Shown here in pieces: positions 52,901 to 60,522 of a stretch of DNA of 64,000 bases. This stretch comes from Laetmonice hystrix (Eukaryota), in assembly GCA_965235115.1 (NCBI GenBank), contig OZ249437.1:29078001-29142000 (forward strand). The letters run 5' to 3'. The notes beneath the pieces were generated by a model. That model did no database searches and had not been told where the DNA came from. It worked only from the letters and a program-made list of their open reading frames with translations. A program made the position numbers and the translations under genes. Position 1 is the stretch's first letter. Each line of letters opens with the position of its first letter.

Positions 52901-55900
52901 AGATGGAATATAAGAATTTTATCGCATCTCATCAATTACGATTACAGTGTCGTCACCAATATAGAATGTATATGACTGAAATGGCATATATATTTGAGTT
53001 TAAGGCCTAAGCATGAAATCCGCAGATAAGGAGTTGGGGGTGAACGACGCTGAAGTGACGGATTCCCATTAAATAGGGCCAACATGATTAGATAGTATTT
53101 CAACTACCAGTAGATGTAATACAATACTTCAACAACGATTTGTCAGAAAAATCTGCTATGAATAATACAATTTCCAGGCATTCGGATGTGTTTGCATCCT
53201 TTTATATTTTCGACGCCCGAAATAGCCAACTCATTCGATCAGGATATTATTTCACAATATAAACCAGTTTTCAGTTTCAAAGGAGTTTCACCGCCAAGGA
53301 GGTGACGGTTCTGATCACATTTCATAACGCCAAACACAAAGAGAATCGTGCATGGCCTCCTGAATGGGTTCTCAACTTCTGGTCTCAGGTAACATGGTAC
53401 CTTTAACAAGTGTCAGCAGATCTAGGTCTGCTCCGACCCGTTGGGATCATTAGAGCTGACTGAGCCTGAAATAAGGATGACATTCGTACACTCGATCCCA
53501 AACCTGAAATTCTTTATCTTATCAAAAGTTTGCTGAAATTACATGAAAAATGGCACACGCTCTGACGCCCGTTTCGGCTCTAAACAACCCCGACCTCGGG
53601 AGGGTGTGTGTGTGGAGGTATGTATGACACCACCCCAGATCGTAGGGTTGAGTGAAACTCAGTCAGTTAGACGCTAGTGGATATACATGTATTGATGACA
53701 TATCTTCTACCATTGTCTGTTAAAACAGTTAAAATTCTTCGACGACCCTGTGGCAAGGTGTATGCAAGGCATTGATGCAGTTGACTCCAAGGATCTTTCA
53801 CAAAAATGTGAATTCTTCACTAAACTTGCACACACAATTCCTGCAGTCCCAAGGGTAAGTTGATTTTCCATTTTCGCAAGATTCATTCAAATTTTGTTGA
53901 ATAATTTATTACCTTAAACTGAAAATTGTAGTACTGGGGCAGATTGATTGTTCACTCCTTAGACGATCATTACATGTGTGTACTTATTGCAGTTATTGAT
54001 GTCAGGTGTCAACGACCCGGTCTCTGTTACAGAAAGTGTTGTACAACACCGTCTTCCCCGTACTGCAAGATCAGTTGGAATACTCGGATATGTTAGTGCT
54101 GGTCCTGCCAGCCCTTGTTACTATGATCGAAACTTCCACCGATGAAGACTACAAGAGTATGATACAACCAGAGATCAAGAGGGTATTTACCATGCAGAGG
54201 CCAGTCCAGGTACGTGTGAAACCTCGGTGTGAATATGTCGTAACGATTCTCTTTGTTCGTCCCTAAAATAGGTTTTTACAAACCACATTCTGGGTATAAT
54301 TTGATAAGTTAATGTCATATCACTTACCAAATTATTGGAACCGTTTGTCTGATCCCAGCATTTTGATCCTAGTTAATTTTCTTAATGCCGGGTACATCAT
54401 CCATGGTACACTACATGGTTTACTACATTACCTACTACTACGTATCAAATCAGGTATTTCGTCCCCTGAATAACTGAAGTGGTTCCTGAGTGGATTGCAG
54501 TGAGTTATTGTGAGGTATGGAGATGATTGAATAGCATGTTATTGGTGGATGTTTTATTTATCCAGGCGACGGTTTACCTGTTGGAGAGATTAGATGTGAT
54601 TCTCAGTAAAGCTTCAGAGGAGGAGATCAAATCCGACGTGCTGCCCATGATTTTCACAACCCTGGAGTCCAACTCGATACAAGGACAGGTAGGTTGTCTG
54701 GTGAGAGAAATGAACCAGTATTTGGTTTCTTGCTGCTTAGTGAAGCCAAGTATACCTGCCATTGTTCTGTTCACTCTCCAGCTGGGAGCCCTTTCTTTCC
54801 CTGTTTGTTTACGCAGTATTTCATTCTTCATTTGTTGTTTTGAAATTGCTGTTTTGCTCTGAAGAAAATATCTTTATTGAGTTAGAAGCTGGTCATGTGA
54901 CTGTAAAATGAACTAGTAAAAATGTCTCAATTTTTGGGCATTGTTTTCCACGGGACATGGCCATCCGGCATTGCCAATTATCCTCATTTTCCAAGCATCA
55001 AGATGAGATAGACTTTGGAAGGATGCTCTCATAATTCACAAGTCAGTGTTGATTATCGTGCTGAATCCAAGCGACACCCACACTAAATATGGTGTTCATT
55101 GAATTAGCTCCTTCCTTGACGCGAAGAATATATGTAGACTGGCTGTTACACGTCTAGACTGGGCGGTGCTAGTCCCGTCAAAGTCAATGCGGGATTGTAG
55201 GCAGACAGATAGCGTCTGTCAGTTCTAATTAGACAGGAGGGAATGTTGGCCACACGTTTCTCGGCCTCATTCATATACACGTTGTGGGTACACACGAAAC
55301 ATGCCAAGCCGATTACATTTACATTTAAAGTCAAGGAACTTAAAGGAGCTACAAGGCTACCATTTAGGAAGGTTGGTGTAAAACTTTGAAGGACGATGCC
55401 GTTAAATATGTGAATCGTAAATTTATGAGTCTAAGAAAACTTACGTTTTTTTAAAAAAAGATCGTAGGTATATTATTAGCATTCGCCGCGTAATATTGAC
55501 TCCCATAAATAGTAGTTTTTTAGGTTTGCTACACGTGGTAATGACGTCAAAATCCATTGTTTTGGCGCTGAGATGATAGGGAGACATGGGAACGTTTTAC
55601 TGCCCATCATTTAAACAGATGCTATAAAAGATTAGAAGGGCCTGGAGAATCTTTGAAGATTTCATAATGATCGCGATTTTATTGACAAGCCTTGAGATAT
55701 GAAAGCCAAGTCTCAAATGTATTTTTAAATAGATGGAGATTGTGGGATTTCCTCTATGTCTGTGGAGAGGACCGTTCATTCGCACAACAACCACCGTCTG
55801 CAATTTTTTCGTTTCATCCATATCTTTTTAGTCCGTCTCAGATTGGCTAAAATTAATTACCTGTAAATTCATTATAGGCATATCGGAGTTAGGGGTGGCA

Positions 55901-57924
55901 ATTACTGCCGTAAAATCGAACAGTGCTGAAAGCTCGCGGAGCGCTTCGACTCTGGAGGTTTCCACTTAAGGAACCTGAGAAGCTTGTAATAATGCGAAGC
56001 GTCATAACCATACCAATGAACTTTTCCTCTTGTTAGCTGCCGTTTATTAATCATTCAGTATGGCTTTCATTATTGTACGGCTCTCCATATTGGTTCAGTC
56101 TAAGTAAAAGGTTTCCCTGGATGCAATGTCCAGATAGGCCGTACGTGATTTATAGGAATCAGTGTAGGGATTGTCCTACTTTAAGAAGTTTCTTAAAGAT
56201 CCCTTGTGCTATCCACTCATTTCGTTGCCGTTAACTTCGAATGGGAACCTGGTAGTATTTTGTATAATGAAATATCTGAATATCGAATCTCCATAGAAAT
56301 AGCTTTAAGTGGATTATAAATGGAGTTATTTCTAAGAATGACGGTGTGCAATTGTTCTGGTTTTTCTGTAGGAAGCAGCGATTAGTGTCTTCTCTACAAT
56401 CAAGAAGTATCTGGATGACCAGACTATGCGGAAACTGGTTTTACCAAAAGCGAAGGCACTTTTTCAGAAGTCCACCAATGTGAGGGTAGGTATCTTAAGG
56501 AAGAATGATAATAAGATCAAGATGTCGACGCTGTTCCTCGACAACGTCATGTACTTATTCCTTCCTCCAATGTATGCTGAATTTAATAGGGCCCTCTTGA
56601 ACTCCCCCCCCCCCTCCCCCCAACCTCACCCTACTGAACCTCTCCATTTCAACGGTTGGTCAGATTGAGCCACCAGATAGGACAAGTATATCTAATCACC
56701 GACACACTAGCTGTTTAAGGGCTTGCTCTTCTGTCATCGAATATCTCAGAATGTGTGAATTGCTGTTAGAACTAATCGATAAGTTGTCAGGATAAATGGC
56801 CTGTCTGGCAGTAGATTCTACCTCCTGGTGGATTCCTTGAGACGCTGCCCGTGAATCCACGTCCCTATCCTGACAGATTCAAGCTCCGGGCACCGCCTCC
56901 CCACCCACGGCAGGCGACTGTAGTCCCATCAGCCCAAATATACACTCCCACAAACTCTGTCATCGTCAGAAAGCCATCTTCTCTCCACAAGTGTAGTCAA
57001 TAAATCTCAAAGGGTCTCCTCATTTAAAGGGAGTTGCCCTACAGTACCTCTGAAGTGGCCAGCCTCGCAGGCAGTCTGACCTTTTAGTGCAAAGTGGTAC
57101 CAAAGTGCTTCTTCATGAGGTTCTTGCCAAGATTTTATTTTCATATTCTATCGCCTAATGCATTCTAGTGTCGAAGCTCAGTTAATTTTGAAGATAGCCG
57201 TCTCCAGCCTATAATTATCCTTCTACATTGTTATGGCGTGGCCGTTGTGACGTGACAATCCGAATTGGTGACAATTAAGCCTCTAACTGTCGCACAGAAA
57301 TGGCTGCCTTTTCAAAGAAAGATGTTTAATTATAATGATGATGCTGGATGACGATGATGATGATGGTCATCGTCATATCATTGCTTGGTTTTCCAAAGCA
57401 TGTCACTGGATTTTCAAGGGCCGAAAGTAAAGATTCAGAACTGCGGACCTAAGTAGTCTACAAGACATTTTAAAAAGACATTTTGCTGAACTTATCAAGC
57501 GGTTAACGACCTTGCCTAGCATATCACTGGCAAAAAAGTTTTTTCAGCTTTAACTTTAATAATATGTAGCATCATGAAAGCTTTCTGCTCCTCCGCCTTC
57601 CAGAGAGACTCAGATGGGAAGGTGATGCTGCTGATAAAAGTTTGATTGTTCTCCGATCACTTTATTACATAAGAACATGTGGGTAGGCCAGATTAAATTG
57701 TGATCTTGAAGAGAAACCTGAACGCCTATTGAACGACTCTGAAAGCCTCTTGTTTGAGTCCTTTTGTGCTATCGACGAGAGCTGAGCTCGGAGTTTCCGA
57801 TTATCCAGCTCAAGGCTTCCGCTAGCTATTCGCCACATTGTCAATCACATAATACCGTGCAAAGTGGCGAATGAAATGAAAACAATATAGGCCTATTTGC
57901 CCAGGTTTTCCATGCAGATGACCC

Positions 57925-57955
<31 letters not shown>

Positions 57956-60522
57956 CATCATCAAGTACTTTAACTCTAAGGGAACTCCACTCAATAAATC
58001 TAGTATCTAAATATATTTTCTGTGGCAAAATCTTGTTATAAAAAATAGTTAGACATAATTCCCATCATTTTTGTACTTTTTGTAGCTTTCTCACTATGGA
58101 ACTCTTGTAGATCAAGATGAGTCTGAAATAAAGAACTGAATTGAATTGACGTTCAAACGCCAAATGTATGGAGGTTCGATTGCAAAAAAATACATTTGCG
58201 TTTGAACTTAAATAAACCTGTGTTCGAATGCAAATATCTGCGTTCGATCTTAGGTATTTTGCGTTTGCGTAGAAGAATACCGTTTTGATTTTTTTCATTC
58301 ATGTCCCCTATAAAGCTCCGTAGATAAATACACAAAGAAAGAAAAACAACTGGTCATGAATGCATGTTTCAGATCCAGCTGAATGCACTGGCTTGTATAG
58401 ACAAGTTACTTGACAGTTTAGACAAGATGATGATCCTCGATGAAGTCCTACCTTTCCTGACGGAGATTAAATGTCAAGACGTAGACATCATCATGGCAAT
58501 CGTAGGTATGCGTCCCATCGAGCTGGTGAGAGTTTATGCTTACCTAGCAACAAAATGGTACACCCAGGCTGACCTCAATGCACGCTGCCAAGGTGCATGT
58601 AAGGTGGCAGGCTGCCGAGGTAAGCGTGGTTGGATTTTTTTAATCGAGATTCCAATAGTACAGTTTTCTTCTCCATATGTTGTCTATAATAGAGAATATT
58701 TGTTCTCGGTCACCATGGTGACTTTTGCAGCCATTTACAAGCATATGCTCATGGACAGAAAGTTCGGCTTGACGCACAATCTGTTGGCCACCAAGGTCCT
58801 ACCCACACTGATTCCTTACTCGGCCACTCCCGGCCTCAGTCTTGTACAGGTAAGTCGTTGTTTTGCGGCCCTGAAAGTTAGTAGAAGATCTGGTATTGTT
58901 GGCTAAATCTGGCTCCTCAAGTATACCTAGTCCCCTCTTCTTGTTCTTGTCAAGCAGCGACCGACTATCCCTGAGTTTCCGCTGTGTTGTTGAGCGTGTA
59001 ATTATAATATCATCCTACTTGTATGAGATACAATGAAATAATGTAATGAGAAATCATTGAGTCGTGTTTCCGTCCTACTAGGTTTTGAGTTCCTTTTAGT
59101 GGCTAGAATTGCATTCTCTTATAGTCTTTGTTTATGCAAGTCATTTCTTTCTAGATTGTTCGCAATGAACTTTCTTTGTAACCGTGTTTCCACAGTTTGA
59201 TGATTTGATGGAGGTGTTGAGGGAAATGCTTGACCAGATTGACAGACAGCGAAGAAACAAAATGATGGATGAAGCCATGGACATCACAAATACGGGACCA
59301 GGAATCAGGTAGGAATGTCTGATAAATTGATCCCTTCAAGTCCCAACAAAACAAACCATGGCAGGATATAATGACGCATATAAGGAGACAGGTAGACAAG
59401 TACCGTATAGTGTCCTCCATTTGTTTTTAAAACATAATCACAAGCCTTGTATGCCGTTCATAAATGTGGTAATAAGTGTAAATGTGGCATGTTTCTGAAT
59501 TTTCTCGCATCTTTGTTGGCTATGATGTTTTTAATACTTGCATTTCACTATGACATTCCTCTCATTGCTCCGAAGTAAACGATGTAACAAAAAGCTGTCA
59601 GGCATGATTTCTCGACCTTTTTCTTAGTCTGTAAAACAGAATTATCGTGTATTTAACACTGTTAATGTCACGCATGCTTTCTCCCTACTTATTCCTGCTT
59701 GATGGGGAGGCCATGATGAAATTGAAAGTGTCCGAGTGATCAGAAATGGGGTTGGGAGGCGGAGACCCCCAGACGGACAGGTCGAGGCTGGTGACACTAA
59801 TTTTTGTCACATTGTAGCGTGTCATTGCATGTTTCAGACGGAAGTCGATCGACATGCGATGCACTTACGACCTACCAAAATCAGGCTTATCTGATTTGGC
59901 CTCCCATCTTGCAGAACAGCAGAGGCAAGTTAACATTTGAAGGCAGTGGTAGGGAAGGAAGGGGGCTCCGTTTCCCCCAGTTCTCCCTTTTTCATGAGAA
60001 ACGTTTCCTCTGGTGCCTTTGGTAATTCAACATGTGTATCGTTCTAGGTTTAAAGGTACTTCATGGCACATACGGTCAGCATGTTGTTTGTTCGGTTTTT
60101 AATTTGTTTTTATATTTGATTTTGTTTAAAGATCGATGTTTTTCATGTACATTTCTTCTTGAAGTTTTCTTTTACTATTGACCTGTTCCTTTATACATTT
60201 ATCAAATTTCAGCGACAATGTCCAAAATACTTCAGTGATATATAAAAGCAAACTGGATTGGCTGCCATAAGTAAACTTTAACTTTTCGTTCTTACTTTGA
60301 CATACTTTCGTACAGCGTTGTGGCAAATCCACAAATTCACTGAAATTTATTGAACATTTTTCATAAGAATGATAATTTTATGAAAATGTTTTGCTTCGTT
60401 TCTTTGTTTCAGGCGCAAGTCCCTTGACATGCGTTATCAGACTTATGATCCCCCAAAACAGGAGATGTTTGCCAATAAGTACATGCTGTCAGTGGACGAG
60501 GCATACTTCTCCAAGTTTAGAC
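15010..60522 (+). CDS. SCYL2: SCY1-like pseudokinase of the SCYL2 group (probably the invertebrate SCYL2-like paralogue); multi-exon, 5'- and 3'-partial. Core exons: 15010-15170, 24162-24261, 37673-37717, 43725-43865, 51013-51234, 51622-51738, 53729-53854, 54033-54209, 54566-54688, 56372-56485, 58373-58505, 58731-58849, 59196-59308, 60413-60522; optional exon 59838-59924
   Basis: The spliced exons give one open frame of 600 codons with AG/GT boundaries and matching phases. SCYL-family hallmarks: SIFIFEKR, LKHPKILRVLHPLEE, DSLAFATEPVFASL, EVKYGLLQITEALSFLH, HGNVCPESILIN, WKLAGFGF, PDLDFMAPE and CDMYSLG, followed by HEAT-like helices. Family assignment is from recalled motifs, not a database search. 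Confidence 0.93.
20150..20560 (-). mobile_element. Decayed non-LTR retrotransposon (L2/CR1-group) ORF2 C-terminal fragment
   Basis: Stop-interrupted minus-strand translations NHPSVSVLP*QKSPSVYG*RYFRTCLIPFVRS and FTHKAVLYQML loosely resemble L2/CR1 ORF2 C-termini; matched by eye only. Confidence 0.35.
22340..22451. mobile_element. One end of a Harbinger-type MITE (truncated)
   Basis: gcgttacgtaatttatggactgcccctaa (22423-22451) reads ttaggggcagtccataaattacgtaacgc on the minus strand, a common MITE terminus; agcgttacg recurs twice upstream; the partner TIR was not found. Confidence 0.5.
22821..23109. repeat. 59-bp minisatellite, about 4.9 near-identical copies
   Basis: Unit acgttatgcccccagtccctaggccagcgttcagacctgactgcccctagttctgtacc. 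Confidence 0.97.
24162..24261 (+). CDS. SCYL2: SCYL2-like exon: (H)DSLAFATEPVFASLGNLLGHYERMPTTIPQEIK
   Basis: Acceptor ttgtcttttcag, donor aag|gtaagg, 100 nt, phase 2 to 0; contains the conserved LAFATEPVFASL motif. Confidence 0.95.
25547..25604. repeat. 28-bp tandem duplication
   Basis: cagtcatccgactgaccaaa(a/g)taccact at 25547 and 25575. Confidence 0.9.
25901..26020. repeat. Compound (GA)n/(GAA)n polypurine microsatellite
   Basis: 120 nt almost entirely A/G; explains the RE-rich and SL-rich ORFs 25748-26044 and 25791-26171. Confidence 0.95.
27428..27854. mobile_element. 427-bp MITE with about 45-bp imperfect TIRs
   Basis: tgaccgccataagggcata (27428-27446) and tatgcccttatggcggtca (27836-27854) are an exact 19-bp inverted pair; similarity continues inward to ...tgccc.ttttgaga; no TSD seen. 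Confidence 0.8.
30590..30672. mobile_element. Fragment of a MITE arm with repeated aaa(a/c)gtcc motifs
   Basis: taaagtcc, aaaagtcc, aaaggtc, aaacgtcc and aaaagtcc are closely spaced around a G-run; no partner arm identified. Confidence 0.35.
32552..32940 (-). mobile_element. 3' end of an L2/CR1-group LINE (stem-loop, AATAAA and A-tail)
   Basis: The minus strand reads gcaggaccccacactgacgacggctctcagccgagtgggtaatcctgggtaaagatgctcaataaaaaaag: nested stems CAGGA/TCCTG, CCCAC/GTGGG and CGGCT/AGCCG, then aataaaaaaa. The upstream limit is approximate. Confidence 0.5.
36948..36990. repeat. Exact 21-bp tandem duplication
   Basis: gggtctgctgcaatcccggcc twice. Confidence 0.92.
37673..37717 (+). CDS. 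SCYL2: SCYL2-like 45-nt exon: DHSFLEVEVKYGLLQ
   Basis: Acceptor ctgtccctttacag, donor cag|gtaagt, phase 0 to 0; supplies the conserved E-x-K-Y-G-L-L-Q segment. Confidence 0.92.
43197..43452. mobile_element. Non-autonomous TACGGAGC-type element (TAY..RTA class), right end truncated
   Basis: Starts tacggagcccc; internal inverted ttcgttccc/gggaacgaa repeats; ends atgtcccgttagg without the final gctccgta. Confidence 0.55.
43725..43865 (+). CDS. SCYL2: SCYL2-like exon with degenerate catalytic loop: ITEALSFLHNSEQMLHGNVCPESILINRRGMWKLAGFGFAEKAREGR
   Basis: Acceptor ccttcttcacag, donor agg|gtgagt, 141 nt; HRD is replaced by HGN and DFG by GFG. Confidence 0.95.
46528..46700. repeat. 86-bp tandem duplication (2 copies)
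   Basis: ggcgtaatcttcagacagggtgtaatatactat... at 46528 and 46614, with a few substitutions. Confidence 0.92.
50485..50737. mobile_element. 253-bp CAGTGGCGGA-type MITE
   Basis: TIRs cagtggcggatccag and ctgaatccgccactg (14/15 match) with a G/T-run interior; probable single ends of the same family near 880-900, 7756 and 16155-16170; no TSD seen. Confidence 0.8.
51013..51234 (+). CDS. SCYL2: SCYL2-like exon: DSFQCAAWTNKHPKMAQPDLDFMAPEIQMEPGKMCTVLCDMYSLGMVICDIYNNGRSLIQANHNPNTYAKKIEQ
   Basis: Acceptor gtttcctaacag, donor cag|gtaggt, 222 nt; APE and DxYSLG motifs. Confidence 0.95.
51622..51738 (+). CDS. SCYL2: SCYL2-like exon: MTELFGEVAHHMPLQLVEPVEKMINRDIRYRPTAQLFML
   Basis: Acceptor cgcttcccag, donor ttg|gtgagt, 117 nt; kinase subdomain XI R-P-T-A motif. 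Confidence 0.93.
53729..53854 (+). CDS. SCYL2: SCYL2-like exon: LKFFDDPVARCMQGIDAVDSKDLSQKCEFFTKLAHTIPAVPR
   Basis: Acceptor ctgttaaaacag, donor agg|gtaagt, 126 nt; FDDP...QK..FF motif typical of the SCYL post-kinase region. Confidence 0.93.
54033..54209 (+). CDS. SCYL2: SCYL2-like HEAT-region exon: KVLYNTVFPVLQDQLEYSDMLVLVLPALVTMIETSTDEDYKSMIQPEIKRVFTMQRPVQ
   Basis: Acceptor tctctgttacag, donor cag|gtacgt, 177 nt. Confidence 0.92.
54566..54688 (+). CDS. SCYL2: SCYL2-like HEAT-region exon: ATVYLLERLDVILSKASEEEIKSDVLPMIFTTLESNSIQGQ
   Basis: Acceptor ttttatttatccag, donor cag|gtaggt, 123 nt. Confidence 0.93.
56372..56485 (+). CDS. SCYL2: SCYL2-like HEAT-region exon: EAAISVFSTIKKYLDDQTMRKLVLPKAKALFQKSTNVR
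   Basis: Acceptor gtttttctgtag, donor agg|gtaggt, 114 nt. Confidence 0.93.
58095..58322. mobile_element. 228-bp TACGGAGC-type MITE just upstream of an exon
   Basis: Right end catgtcccctataaagctccgta; degenerate left end tatggaactcttgtag; internal gcgtt(t/c)ga/ttgcg repeats. Confidence 0.55.
58373..58505 (+). CDS. SCYL2: SCYL2-like HEAT-region exon: IQLNALACIDKLLDSLDKMMILDEVLPFLTEIKCQDVDIIMAIV(A)
   Basis: Acceptor tgcatgtttcag, donor tag|gtatgc, 133 nt, phase 0 to 1. Confidence 0.92.
58731..58849 (+). CDS. SCYL2: SCYL2-like exon: (A)IYKHMLMDRKFGLTHNLLATKVLPTLIPYSATPGLSLVQ
   Basis: Acceptor gacttttgcag, donor cag|gtaagt, 119 nt, phase 1 to 0; ATKVLP...LS..Q SCYL2 motif. Confidence 0.93.
59196..59308 (+). 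CDS. SCYL2: SCYL2-like exon: FDDLMEVLREMLDQIDRQRRNKMMDEAMDITNTGPGI(R)
   Basis: Acceptor gtgtttccacag, donor cag|gtagga, 113 nt, phase 0 to 2. Confidence 0.92.
59838..59924 (+). CDS. SCYL2: Putative cassette exon with GC donor, duplicate of the 5' half of the next exon: (R)RKSIDMRCTYDLPKSGLSDLASHLAEQQ(R)
   Basis: Acceptor tgcatgtttcag, donor ag|gcaagt, 87 nt, phase 2 to 2, open frame; peptide paralogous to exon 60413-60522. Confidence 0.78.
60413..60522 (+). CDS. SCYL2: SCYL2-like C-terminal-tail exon: (R)RKSLDMRYQTYDPPKQEMFANKYMLSVDEAYFSKFR
   Basis: Acceptor ttcgtttctttgtttcag, donor gac|gtaagt, 110 nt, phase 2 to 1, open in the expected frame. Confidence 0.85.

Noticed and set aside
58364-58906. 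180-aa ORF as a single-exon gene
   Set aside because: It is two real exons joined by a stop-free 225-nt intron, plus flanking intron sequence.
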